Under the pieces are notes generated by a model that did not search any database, was not told where the DNA came from, and worked only from the letters and a program-made list of their open reading frames with translations. Positions 42,919 to 51,884 of a stretch of DNA of 64,000 bases are shown here, one piece after another. How positions within the stretch are numbered: the first letter of the stretch is position 1; each line of letters begins with the position of its first letter. The stretch is from positions 2,261 through 66,260 of the forward strand of contig CAJTYK010000002.1 in NCBI GenBank assembly GCA_910584285.1. The letters are read 5' to 3'. A program made the position numbers and the translations under genes. This stretch comes from an uncultured Oscillospiraceae bacterium. GTDB lineage: Bacteria > Bacillota > Clostridia > Oscillospirales > Oscillospiraceae.

Positions 42919-43950
42919 CTATCCGGGGAACCGGGCAGCCCAGTCCTCCTCCGCCACCGCCACGGTGACGCCGTTCCGGATGGTTTTGCCCACCACCAGT
43001 CGCCGGGCGCCCATTCTGGCGGCCCGTTCGCACACGTTATCCACCCCCGTGAAGCGCAGCACCCGCTCAGAATGGGCAAAGTCCCCCGCCAGCGCCGCCA
43101 GCTCCCGGGCGCTGTAAAAGGCCGCCGGCCAGCCCTGGGCGGCGCAGTAGTCCAGCAGGCCCTCCTCATCCCGCTTCAGATCGATGGAGGCCACGCAGCT
43201 CACCGCCCTGGGGTGGATGTCATGCTCCTCCAGCACCTGCTTCACCGCCGCCCGGATGGCCGCCTCGCTTGTCCCCCGCCGGCAGCCCAGGCCCAGGTGG
43301 AGCACCGGGGGAACCAGCAGCAGCGTCTCCCGGAAGGGGGCCTTTTTCCGCCAGGAGATGCAGATGCCCACCGCTCCGCTGTCTCCCCGCTCCGTGCCGG
43401 GGGGCAGTTCCCCCTCCACGGGAAAGTCACAGCACAGGGGCACCGGGCCCTCCAAAATGGCAGCGGATACCGCCTTGGCCGCCTTCATGTCGTCGAGGAA
43501 CAGCCCCTGCCGGGCGGCCCAGGCGTCCACAGAGAATTTCCCGTTGACGTCGGTGGCGGTGGTAACCACCGGCTCCGCCTCCAGCCCCCGGGCCAGCCGC
43601 AGGGCCAGGGCGTTGGCCCCGCCGATATGGCCGGACAGCAGGGGGATGACAAACTGCCCCAGCTCGTCCACGCACAGCACCGCCGGATCGGTGCGCTTGT
43701 CCCGCACCCAGGGGGCGATGGAGCGCACAGCGATGCCCGCCGCCCCTACAAATATCAGGGCGTCCCCCCAGGCAAACAGCGGGCCGGTGGCCTGGGCGCA
43801 GGGGGAGCCCAGCACCTCAAACGTCCCGTCCGCGTACCGCTCCGGGGCCAGGCACCGGCACTCGTCCCCCGGGCCCCGCAGGCAGTCCCGGATCCGCAGG
43901 GCCGTCTCCCGCCCCCGGCGGCTGTAGGCAAATATGGCCAGCTTCATCAC
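42919..43950 (-). CDS. cbiG: cobalt-precorrin-5A hydrolase
   Basis: 343 aa. CbiG N- and C-terminal domains (VGAAGIAVRSIAP, LGLGCRRG). Confidence 0.85.
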   Translation of the reverse strand: MMKLAIFAYSRRGRETALRIRDCLRGPGDECRCLAPERYADGTFEVLGSPCAQATGPLFAWGDALIFVGAAGIAVRSIAPWVRDKRTDPAVLCVDELGQFVIPLLSGHIGGANALALRLARGLEAEPVVTTATDVNGKFSVDAWAARQGLFLDDMKAAKAVSAAILEGPVPLCCDFPVEGELPPGTERGDSGAVGICISWRKKAPFRETLLLVPPVLHLGLGCRRGTSEAAIRAAVKQVLEEHDIHPRAVSCVASIDLKRDEEGLLDYCAAQGWPAAFYSARELAALAGDFAHSERVLRFTGVDNVCERAARMGARRLVVGKTIRNGVTVAVAEEDWAARFPG

Positions 43951-43973
43951 GCCCGCCCCCTTTCTTCCCCCTG

Positions 43974-44002
43974 ATTATTGCAGGGCTGCGGCGGATTGTC
44001 AA
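43974..44002 (-). promoter_or_regulatory. candidate promoter of cbiG
   Basis: Minus strand: TTGACA (44002-43997), 17 nt, AATAAT (43979-43974). Confidence 0.55.
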
Positions 44003-44052
44003 GGGGATCCCCCCGCCGGGATGGGAAGTTCGGCGCTGGGCACAAAAAGCTA

Positions 44053-44081
44053 TTGCTATTGTGGACCCAATAGTATATAAT
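44053..44081 (+). promoter_or_regulatory. tetR-family gene promoter with an embedded palindromic operator
   Basis: TTGCTA (44053-44058), 17 nt, TATAAT (44076-44081). The palindrome CTATTG-N6-CAATAG (44056-44073) lies in the spacer. Confidence 0.6.
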
Positions 44082-44129
44082 ACTCTTATTAAGAAACCTT
44101 CGCCCGCAAATTGAGAGGAGGGGCCGTAC

Positions 44130-44738
44130 TTGGACGACACCAAAACAAGGATCCTCTCCGCGGCGATGAAGGCCGTCCGGCAGTATGGGCTGGAAGGCGT
44201 CCGGGTACAGAACATCAGCGAGCTGGCCGGCATCTCCCCCGGGGCCATGTACCGCTACTTCAAAAGCAAGGACGAGCTGATGGTGGCCTGCTTTGCCAGC
44301 GTGGATCAGCAGGCAGCCGCCATCTTTGATCATCTCAAGTTCAACCCCCTGATCATGTTCACCGACCCCATGAAGGCGGTCAGGAGCCTGTGGGTGCCCT
44401 ACTTCCGTTTCTGGGTGGCCCATCCGGACGAGACGGTGTTCTACCACCGCTTCCGGGACAGCGCCGCCTTCCCCGAATTTTACAAGCACTACGACGGAAG
44501 CCATTTCAACACCTTCGGCGGCATGGTGCGGGCCTTTATGAACACCTTCCCCAGCCTGCGCAGGATCAACCAGGATCTACTGTGGCTCCACGTGCTCACC
44601 TCCACCGTGATGTATGCCAAATACGTGGTGGAGGGCACGCTGCCCAACACCCAGGAGACGGAGGACACGGTGTTCCAGTTTATCAGCGTGGGCCTGAGCG
44701 GTTACCTGCGGCCCGAGAACGCAACCCCTAATTCTTAG
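44130..44738 (+). CDS. TetR/AcrR-family transcriptional regulator
   Basis: 202 aa. N-terminal HTH (TRILSAAMKAVRQYGLEGVRVQNISELAGISPGAMYRYFKSKDEL). TTG start follows GAGAGGAGGGG. Confidence 0.85.
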   Translation: MDDTKTRILSAAMKAVRQYGLEGVRVQNISELAGISPGAMYRYFKSKDELMVACFASVDQQAAAIFDHLKFNPLIMFTDPMKAVRSLWVPYFRFWVAHPDETVFYHRFRDSAAFPEFYKHYDGSHFNTFGGMVRAFMNTFPSLRRINQDLLWLHVLTSTVMYAKYVVEGTLPNTQETEDTVFQFISVGLSGYLRPENATPNS

Positions 44739-44885
44739 AATAGGCCGCCGGGCCATGCGGGATCAGGGGATGCCCCCTCAGACCTTCATCGGCGAGTTCT
44801 TTGACCGGGTATATCCGGACGAGTACATCGACGAAAAGATCCCCGCCATGGTGTTTAAGCAGGGGAATAGAGCCAGCCAGCAAAA

Positions 44886-44922
44886 AGCCGGCGGCGGGAT
44901 GTCCATCCCACCGCCGGCTTTT
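44886..44922. terminator. bidirectional terminator between the tetR-family gene and the end of the cob operon
   Basis: AAAAAGCCGGCGGCGGGAT ... ATCCCACCGCCGGCTTTT, with one mismatch in a 15-bp stem. Confidence 0.75.
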
Positions 44923-44939
44923 GACGTTTTGCTTGCCGC

Positions 44940-45458
44940 TCAGAACTCCACGCCCTCCCGGGCGGGGATCCCCTGGGCAAAGGGGTGGCGATGGCAGCGC
45001 ATCTCGGTGCTGTAGTCCGCCGCGTCCCGCATCCAGTCCGCCGGTCGCCGCCCGGTGAGCACCAGCTCCTGCCCGGACGGCTTTTCCAGCACCGCCCGGC
45101 GGAGCAGCGCCTCGTTCACCAGCCCCTTTTCCAGGGCGGCGCACGCCTCGTCCAGCACCAGCAGATCGGCGTTTAGCTCCAGCGCCTGCCGCAGGTGCTG
45201 GGTGTGGAGGGCCCAGGTCTCCGCCCGCTCCGTTTCGTCCATCCGGGCGGAAAACCTCGTCCCCGCCTTCCCCCGGAGCACCTGGGCCCCCAGGCATTGG
45301 AGCAGGGGGATCTCCCCGCTGTGTCCCCCCTTGAGGAACTGGACGATCACCACCCGCCGCCCCGCCCCCAGGGCCCGCAGGGCCAGCCCCATGGCGGCGG
45401 TGGTTTTGCCCTTGCCCTCCCCCCAGTAGAGGTGGATCAGGCCCCGCTCCCCGCTCAT
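44940..45458 (-). CDS. cobO: cob(I)yrinic acid a,c-diamide adenosyltransferase
   Basis: 172 aa. GEGKGKTTAAMGLALRA P-loop of the CobA/CobO/BtuR family. Confidence 0.9.
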   Translation of the reverse strand: MSGERGLIHLYWGEGKGKTTAAMGLALRALGAGRRVVIVQFLKGGHSGEIPLLQCLGAQVLRGKAGTRFSARMDETERAETWALHTQHLRQALELNADLLVLDEACAALEKGLVNEALLRRAVLEKPSGQELVLTGRRPADWMRDAADYSTEMRCHRHPFAQGIPAREGVEF

Positions 45459-46138
45459 GACAGCTTTTCCTGCCGCCCCGCGGGATCGGTGGCGTTCAGG
45501 GCGGCGTACAGCAGGGCGTTGCAGATGGCGGCGGCTACGTTGCTGCCCCCCTTGCGGCCCATGGCCGCGATGCAGGGCACGCCGTACCGCTCACAGGCCG
45601 CCACCATCCGCTCCTTGCTCTCCACCACGTTGACAAAGCCCACCGGCACCGCCACCACAAAGGCGGGGCGCAGCCCGCCCTCCATCAGCTGGCACAGCTT
45701 CAGCAGGGCCGTGGGGGCGTTGCCCACCGCCAGGGCCGCGCCGGGGTACTCTCCCGCCGCTTTCTCCATGCACACCGTCGCCCGGGTAACGCCCCGGCTT
45801 TTGGCCTGTCGGGCCACCTCCGGATCCGCCATGAAGCAGTACACCTCACCCCCCAGCTTGGCCAGCGCGGTCTTGCTCACCCCCGCCTTGGCCATGTTGG
45901 TGTCCGTCACAATGGACGCCCCCGCCCGGAGGGCCTTCACCGCCGCCTCCACCGCACCGTCGGTGAAACGCAGGCTGTGGGCGTAGTCAAAGTCCGCCGT
46001 GGTGTGGATCACCCGCTTCACCACCGGCTCCCGGTCAGCCGGCAGGACAATCCCCATCTGGGCCAGCTCCGCGGCGATGATGCGCATACTTTCCCCCTCG
46101 ATGTCCGAGGGACGCTGATAGGTCAATTCCCGTTCCAT
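45455..46138 (-). CDS. cbiC: precorrin-8X methylmutase
   Basis: 227 aa. VIHTTADFDYA and GNAPTAL motifs. Confidence 0.9.
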   Translation of the reverse strand: MERELTYQRPSDIEGESMRIIAAELAQMGIVLPADREPVVKRVIHTTADFDYAHSLRFTDGAVEAAVKALRAGASIVTDTNMAKAGVSKTALAKLGGEVYCFMADPEVARQAKSRGVTRATVCMEKAAGEYPGAALAVGNAPTALLKLCQLMEGGLRPAFVVAVPVGFVNVVESKERMVAACERYGVPCIAAMGRKGGSNVAAAICNALLYAALNATDPAGRQEKLS

Positions 46139-47620
46139 TCAATTCATCCCCATCATTCCATAGAGTTCCCTCAGCTCGAGGGCCTGCCGCACCCCGTCCG
46201 CCAGCAGGTCGAGCTGGGCCTGCTGATAGGCGGCGTGGGACACCGCCCGGGTGCGCTCCACCGGCAGCCCCCGGCGCTCACACAGCAGTGCCGCCAGCTT
46301 CTGGGTCAGCTCCCCGCTGTCGAACAGCCCGTGGAGGTAGGTGCCCCACACATTGTCCCGGACGCAGCCGTCCTCCCGGCCGTCCTCCAGGCGGCAGAAG
46401 GGCTCCCCGAGCACCTGAGTGCGCCCCATGTGGATCTCGTATCCCTCCAGCTTGGCCCCGGCCAGCGGACCGGACACCACCTGGCCCCCCACCCGGGTGC
46501 GGGACTTCTCGGGCAGGAAGGTGGTCTCCACCGGCAGCAGGCCCATCCCCCGGACGCTGCCTCCCGCACCGTGCTCTACCCCCGACTGGTCGTGGACGGC
46601 CTCGCCCAGCATCTGATAGCCGCCGCACACCCCCAGCACCGGCGTGCCCGCCGCGGCCAGCTTCAAAATGGCGGCCTCCAGCCCGCACTGCCGCAGCCAG
46701 AGCAGGTCGCCCACTGTGCTCTTTGTCCCAGGCAGGATCACCAGATCGGGCAGGCCCAGCTTCCGGGGGTCGTCCACATAGCGCACCCCGATTTGCGGGT
46801 GCTCCTCCAGGGGGGTAAAGTCGGTGAAGTTGGAGATCCGGGGCAGGCGCACCACCGCCGCGTCCAGGGGCTTGTGGGCGGCCTCCTGTTCCAGGCAGGG
46901 GGCCAGGGAGTCCTCGTCGTCCACGTCCACCTTGAGGTAGGGCACCACGCCTAAGACCCGTTTGCCCGTCTTTTCCTCCAGCATGGACAGGCCGGGGCGC
47001 AGAATCTCCGGATCCCCCCGGAACTTGTTGATGATCAGCCCCTGGATCAACTCCTGCTCCTGGGGCTGGAGCAGGGCCACGGTGCCATAGAGCTGGGCGA
47101 ACACGCCACCCCGGTCGATGTCCCCCGCCAGCAGCACCGGCGCGTTCAGCCGCAGAGCCAGCCCCATGTTGACAATATCGTCCGCCCGGAGGTTGATCTC
47201 CGCGGGGCTGCCCGCCCCCTCAATGACGATGACATCGTTCTCGGCGGCGAGACTGTCGTAGGCCGCCAGCACCTCGGGGAACAGCTGCTTCTTATAGCGG
47301 AAATACTCCGCCGCCGACATCTGCCCCCGCACCTCTCCCAGGACAATGACCTGGCTGCCCGTGTCACTGCTGGGCTTGAGCAGCACCGGGTTCATCCGCA
47401 CGTCCGGCTCCACCCCCGCCGCCTGGGCCTGCACCGCCTGGGCCCGGCCCATCTCCAGCCCGTCCCGGGTGACGTGGCTGTTCAGCGCCATATTTTGGCT
47501 CTTGAAGGGGGCCACCCGGTATCCGTCCTGGGCGAAGATCCGGCACAGGGCAGCGCACAGCAGGCTTTTGCCCGCCCCGGACATGGTGCCCTGGATCATG
47601 ATGCACTTTGCTGGGCTCAT
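46139..47620 (-). CDS. cbiP: cobyric acid synthase
   Basis: ATG 47620 overlaps the cobD stop (ATGA) and follows GAAGGAGG. IMIQGTMSGAGKS and the GATase block GVCGGYQMLG are present. The ORF-track start at 48244 is an artefact. Confidence 0.92.
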   Translation of the reverse strand: MSPAKCIMIQGTMSGAGKSLLCAALCRIFAQDGYRVAPFKSQNMALNSHVTRDGLEMGRAQAVQAQAAGVEPDVRMNPVLLKPSSDTGSQVIVLGEVRGQMSAAEYFRYKKQLFPEVLAAYDSLAAENDVIVIEGAGSPAEINLRADDIVNMGLALRLNAPVLLAGDIDRGGVFAQLYGTVALLQPQEQELIQGLIINKFRGDPEILRPGLSMLEEKTGKRVLGVVPYLKVDVDDEDSLAPCLEQEAAHKPLDAAVVRLPRISNFTDFTPLEEHPQIGVRYVDDPRKLGLPDLVILPGTKSTVGDLLWLRQCGLEAAILKLAAAGTPVLGVCGGYQMLGEAVHDQSGVEHGAGGSVRGMGLLPVETTFLPEKSRTRVGGQVVSGPLAGAKLEGYEIHMGRTQVLGEPFCRLEDGREDGCVRDNVWGTYLHGLFDSGELTQKLAALLCERRGLPVERTRAVSHAAYQQAQLDLLADGVRQALELRELYGMMGMN

Positions 47621-48693
47621 AAAGTTTCCTCCTTCAAAACGTCCTGTAGCGCGGCGATAAGCCGCCCGTTGTCCGCCCCGTCCCGCACCGCCGTCCGATA
47701 CCAGCCCCGGCCCAGCCCGTGGTAGTTGGAGCAGTCCCGCAGCAGGATCCCCCGCTCCCGCAGGGGCTCCTCCAGGGGCACGGGGGATTGGAACAGCAGA
47801 TAGTTGGCCTCCCCCGGGATCACCCGCAGGCCCAGCCGGACCAGTGCCTGCGCCAGCCGGGGCCGCTCTGTCCGGATCAACGTCTGGACAGCCTCCACAT
47901 AGGCCGTCTCCTCCAGCGCGGCCATACCCGCCGCCTGAGCGGGGCCGGACACCGCCCAGGGCTGGCCCGCCTCCCGCATCCGCCCCAGCAGGGCGACATC
48001 GGTGCACAGGCAGTACCCCAGCCGCAGCCCCGCCATGGCATACAGCTTGGTGAAGGCCTTCAGGATCAGCAGGTTGGGATACCGGCCCAGAAGGCCCTTC
48101 ATGGTGAACGCCTCCGGCTCGTCCAGAAAGTCCAGGAAGCACTCGTCCACCACCAGCAGGGCGTCCGCCTCCCGGCAGCGCTCCAACGCCCGCTCCAGCA
48201 GGGGCCGGGGGATGGTTCGCCCAGTGGGGTTGTTGGGCTGGCACAGGAACACCAGGTCTGTTTCCGGGGAAATCGCGTCCGGGAAGTCCTCCCCCAGGGC
48301 GAACTCGTCCTCCGCCCGGAGGGGGAAGCGATCCGTTTTACATCCAATCAGCTCCAGCGCCGCCTCATACTCCGCGAAGGCGGGGGCGGTGATGAGGGCC
48401 TTTTCCGGCCGTCTGGCCAGCACCGCCCGGTAGATCAGATCCGCCGCCCCGTTTCCGCACAGGCACCAGTCCGGCTCCACCCGCTCCGCCCGGGCGATGG
48501 CCTCCACCAGGCCGCGGCACAGGGGATCGGGGTAGCGGTGGGCATCGGCCAGCGCGTCCGCCGCCGCCCGGCGCACCCCCTCCGGCATCCCCAGAGGGCT
48601 GATGTTGGCGGAGAAGTCCAGGGGCTGCCCCCCGTACCGGGCCTGATAGCCCGCCCAGTCCCCGCCATGGGTCAACCGCCGCCCCTCCGTCAT
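47617..48693 (-). CDS. cobD: threonine-phosphate decarboxylase (class I/II aminotransferase fold)
   Basis: 358 aa. N-terminal HGG plus a PLP-aminotransferase-like sequence, located between cbiB and cbiP. Confidence 0.85.
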   Translation of the reverse strand: MTEGRRLTHGGDWAGYQARYGGQPLDFSANISPLGMPEGVRRAAADALADAHRYPDPLCRGLVEAIARAERVEPDWCLCGNGAADLIYRAVLARRPEKALITAPAFAEYEAALELIGCKTDRFPLRAEDEFALGEDFPDAISPETDLVFLCQPNNPTGRTIPRPLLERALERCREADALLVVDECFLDFLDEPEAFTMKGLLGRYPNLLILKAFTKLYAMAGLRLGYCLCTDVALLGRMREAGQPWAVSGPAQAAGMAALEETAYVEAVQTLIRTERPRLAQALVRLGLRVIPGEANYLLFQSPVPLEEPLRERGILLRDCSNYHGLGRGWYRTAVRDGADNGRLIAALQDVLKEETL

Positions 48694-49664
48694 GGCTTCC
48701 GCCTCCGGTGGCCCGCCAGGGCTCTGGCCAGCAGCCCCGCCCCCAGGGCCAACCCGCCGGCGGCGTACAGCATCCGGTTGGCTCGGGTAATGTCCTTTGG
48801 CTCCACCGGCCTGCCGGGGTCACCGATGGTGGGCTTGTCCACCGTCTTGCCGAAGTAGGACGCGGGCCCCGCCAGCTGAACGCCCAATGCCCCGGCGCAG
48901 GCGGACTCCGTCTGGGCGGAGTTGGGGCTGGCATGGTTCCGGCGATCCCGCCGCCAGATCCGCCACGCCCCCCGTCCGTCCTGCCCGGTGAGGAAGGCCC
49001 CGCCCATCCAGCACAGCGCCGCCAGCCGGGAGGGGATCAGGTTGGCCGCATCGTCCAGCTTGGCCGCCGCCCTGCCAAAGTAGAGGTAGCGGTCGTTTTT
49101 ATAGCCCACCATGCTGTCCATGGTGTTCACCGCCTTGTAGGTGAGGGCCAGGGGCGCACCGCCCAGGAGCATATAGAACAGCGGCGCGGCCACCCCGTCG
49201 GAGAAGTTCTCCGCCACCGTCTCCACCGCGGCCTTGGCCACCCCCTCCGCCGTCAGCACCTGGGTGTCCCGGCCCACGATCCGGCCCACGGCCCTTTGGG
49301 CGGCGGGCAGATCGCCCCGCTCCAGCTCCGCCTGGACGCGGCCGCTCTCCACCGCCAGCCCTTTGAGCGCCAGCGCCTGCCAGCACCACAGCGTCTCCAG
49401 GGCAAAGCCGGCGGCGGGGTGGAGCTTATTGGCCACCCGGCACGCCCCGGCCGTGACCGCGTACGTTCCCACCGGGAGGGCCGCCGCTAAAACCGCCCCG
49501 CCCAGCAGCTCCCCCTGGGGCGTTTTAGGCAGGCGGGGGCGCAGAAAGCCCTCCAGAGCGGAGATAGCCTTTCCCATGTACACCACCGGATGGGGCATCC
49601 GCTCCGGATCGGCCAGCAGCAGATCCAGGGCGAAGCCGCAGGGGATGGCAGGGTTAAATTTCAT
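48690..49664 (-). CDS. cbiB: adenosylcobinamide-phosphate synthase
   Basis: 324-aa membrane protein. DLLLADP..PHPV N-terminal motif. Confidence 0.9.
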   Translation of the reverse strand: MKFNPAIPCGFALDLLLADPERMPHPVVYMGKAISALEGFLRPRLPKTPQGELLGGAVLAAALPVGTYAVTAGACRVANKLHPAAGFALETLWCWQALALKGLAVESGRVQAELERGDLPAAQRAVGRIVGRDTQVLTAEGVAKAAVETVAENFSDGVAAPLFYMLLGGAPLALTYKAVNTMDSMVGYKNDRYLYFGRAAAKLDDAANLIPSRLAALCWMGGAFLTGQDGRGAWRIWRRDRRNHASPNSAQTESACAGALGVQLAGPASYFGKTVDKPTIGDPGRPVEPKDITRANRMLYAAGGLALGAGLLARALAGHRRRKP

Positions 49665-50259
49665 GTTTCTCGCCTCTCGTATACTGCACCGTCTCCAGCA
49701 CAGTTAGAATTTGTTCCGTTCCCCACCGGGAGCCGTCCAGCACAAAGCCGCCCCCCAGGGGGCCGTTCCAGGAAAAATAGTCCCGCCGGGGCAGGGCGAA
49801 CCGCTCCAGCGCCGCCATCTGGGTGCCGCCGTGGGCCACAATGACCAGCCGCTCCGCTCCCGCAGCGGCCGCCCCGTCCAGCAGGTCCTGAACAGCGGCG
49901 CAGATCCGATGGCAGAATTGGGCCCTGGACTCCCCGCCGGGGGGCGCGTCCACACAGCCCCCGTCCACCCAGGCCCGGTAGGCCGGGAGGCGCTCCATCT
50001 CCTTCCAGCTCTTGCCCTCGAACAGGCCGAAGTCCATCTCCTGGAGGCCGGGCACCGCGATCTGCCGGGCCCTCGGAAAGAGAATCTCCGCCGTCTCCGC
50101 CGTCCGGCGCAGCGGGGAGACGTACACCACCTCCGGCGCAAGCTCCGCCCGGGCCAGCGCCCTCCGGCCCCGCTCCGACAGGGGCAGGTCGGTGCGGCCC
50201 AGATACTTCTGTTGGGCGTTGTAGTCCGTCTCCCCGTGGCGCAGCAGCCAGACCCTCAT
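49654..50259 (-). CDS. cobC: histidine phosphatase family protein (alpha-ribazole phosphatase type)
   Basis: 201 aa. RHGETDYN catalytic motif, inside the cob operon. Confidence 0.8.
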   Translation of the reverse strand: MRVWLLRHGETDYNAQQKYLGRTDLPLSERGRRALARAELAPEVVYVSPLRRTAETAEILFPRARQIAVPGLQEMDFGLFEGKSWKEMERLPAYRAWVDGGCVDAPPGGESRAQFCHRICAAVQDLLDGAAAAGAERLVIVAHGGTQMAALERFALPRRDYFSWNGPLGGGFVLDGSRWGTEQILTVLETVQYTRGEKHEI

Positions 50260-50579
50260 TTCAGCACCTGGGGCAGGCCGCAGAACACCCGGATCACCCG
50301 CTGGGCCCGCTGGGCCAGCAGGCAGGCCAGCCGCCCCGCCGCCTCCCGGTGGGCCCGCTCCTGGGGATCCACCGGCACCACGCCGCCCCCCACCTCGGCG
50401 GCGATCACCACCTCGGATCGGGCCAGCTCGTCCGCCAGCGCCTCCAGATCGGCGCGGTTCCGGGCCAGCTCCTGGGCGTCCCGGACGGCGCGGCCCTCCA
50501 GCTCCTCCGGCGTACAGCCCAGCAGGGAACAGGCGTACTCAGTCTTGCCACTGTACAGCGGCCCCGTGATAAAAATCAT
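50256..50579 (-). CDS. truncated CobU-like P-loop protein (107 aa)
   Basis: ATG 50579 overlaps the cobS stop. It has a P-loop (GPLYSGKTEYA) and a CobU-type C-terminal block (EVGGGVVPVDPQERAHREAAGRLACLLAQRA) but lacks the central roughly 70 aa. The ORF-track start at 51287 is an artefact. Confidence 0.6.
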   Translation of the reverse strand: MIFITGPLYSGKTEYACSLLGCTPEELEGRAVRDAQELARNRADLEALADELARSEVVIAAEVGGGVVPVDPQERAHREAAGRLACLLAQRAQRVIRVFCGLPQVLK

Positions 50580-51355
50580 AAAAATCTCGCCTCCACAAGC
50601 TGGCAAAGCACCAGCGCCCCCAGCATCCACAGCTCTGTGCGCTGGAGGAACCAGCCCGCCAGATCGCCGGACAGCCCGCCGAACTGCTTGTCCGCCGTCA
50701 CCCGATAGCGCCAGAACACCAGCAGCGCCGCCAGCGCCATCAGCCCGCCGACAGCGCCCCCCAGGGCGATCATCGCCGCCGCCGTCAGGGCGCACACGGC
50801 CATCAGGATTCGCCCCACGGCGGTTCGATCCGCGGCGGTGGCAAAGGTGTGGGCCAGCCCGGTGTTCTTCGCCAAAGGGAACCGGGCGATGGCCAGCCCA
50901 GACAGCCCCCGCTCCAGCACAAAGCCCAGCCCCATGGCCCACAGGGCCCGACCGTCCGGCCGCAGGGCGGCGCACAGGGCCAGGTGGGCCACAAAGTAGG
51001 CGCACAACCGGATGACGGCAAAGGCCCCGCACCGGGGATCCTTCAAAATCTCCTGCTTCTTTTCCGGCGGGGCGCAGCTGGCCAGGGCGTCGCAGGTGTC
51101 GGCGTAGCCGTCCAGGTGGATGCCCCCGGTGACCAGCACCGGGATCAGGCAGAAGCCCGCCCCCCGCAGCAGCTCCGGGGCGGCAAAGAAGGCGCACACC
51201 CAGGCCCAGCCCCACCACAGGGCGGCGCACACCGCCCCCACCAGCGGGAAGGCGCACAGGGCATAGCGCATATTGCGCCCGTTCCACTCCACCTGGGGCA
51301 GGGGGATGGCGGAAAACATGGCGAAGGCCACCAGTACCGTCTCCATGACAATCAT
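50576..51355 (-). CDS. cobS: adenosylcobinamide-GDP ribazoletransferase (cobalamin synthase)
   Basis: ATG 51355 overlaps the cobU stop. 259-aa membrane protein with a DGYADTCDA motif. Confidence 0.9.
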   Translation of the reverse strand: MIVMETVLVAFAMFSAIPLPQVEWNGRNMRYALCAFPLVGAVCAALWWGWAWVCAFFAAPELLRGAGFCLIPVLVTGGIHLDGYADTCDALASCAPPEKKQEILKDPRCGAFAVIRLCAYFVAHLALCAALRPDGRALWAMGLGFVLERGLSGLAIARFPLAKNTGLAHTFATAADRTAVGRILMAVCALTAAAMIALGGAVGGLMALAALLVFWRYRVTADKQFGGLSGDLAGWFLQRTELWMLGALVLCQLVEARFL

Positions 51356-51882
51356 ACCTCCGCCCCCTTGTGCCAAATTGGGATGCCGCAGACTACCTCG
51401 CACACCCGGTCGGCCCGCTGGGCCAGCAGCCGGTTGACCTCCGCCAGGGCCCGCAGGTAGCTGTCCGTGTCCCCGGCGTAGTTCCGGCCGCCGGAGCAGA
51501 CCTCGTTGCCCACCACCACCAGGTCGGCGCACTGGGTCAGCAGGGCCTCCACGCCGCCCGCCACGGCGGACACGGCCCCCTCCACCGTCCCCGCCCCGTC
51601 CGGGCTGTACAGCTCGTTGGCGGTGAGATTGCCCAGGCACTCCAGCAGTACCGCCCCCCGCCGGGGCAGCGTCAGGGCGGCCAGATCGGTGTACCGCTCC
51701 ACCGTCTCAAACCCCTTCCCCCGGCGCAGCTCCCGGTGGCGGGCGATCCGGGCCTGTCCCTCCGGGCCGAAGGGCTCCATGGTGGCGATGTAGATCCGGG
51801 GCCGGTGGGGGGAGGCCAGGATCAGCCCCTCGGCGTATTCGCTCTTACCGCTGGCCGCGCCGCCGATCACAAGGGTGAACAT
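51352..51882 (-). CDS. cobU: adenosylcobinamide kinase / adenosylcobinamide-phosphate guanylyltransferase
   Basis: ATG 51882. 176 aa. P-loop GGAASGKSEYAE and a YIAT...RIARH block. Confidence 0.85.
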   Translation of the reverse strand: MFTLVIGGAASGKSEYAEGLILASPHRPRIYIATMEPFGPEGQARIARHRELRRGKGFETVERYTDLAALTLPRRGAVLLECLGNLTANELYSPDGAGTVEGAVSAVAGGVEALLTQCADLVVVGNEVCSGGRNYAGDTDSYLRALAEVNRLLAQRADRVCEVVCGIPIWHKGAEV

Positions 51883-51884
51883 CC

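Noticed and set aside
46139-48244. N-terminally extended ORF-track models. Examples are 46139-48244, 50256-51287, 50576-51640, 51352-52875, 36456-38123, 34688-36376 and 9765-10652.
   Set aside because: The extensions run in alternative frames of the upstream gene. The true starts were placed where the family-typical N-terminus, an SD and an ATGA/GTGA stop-start overlap coincide.
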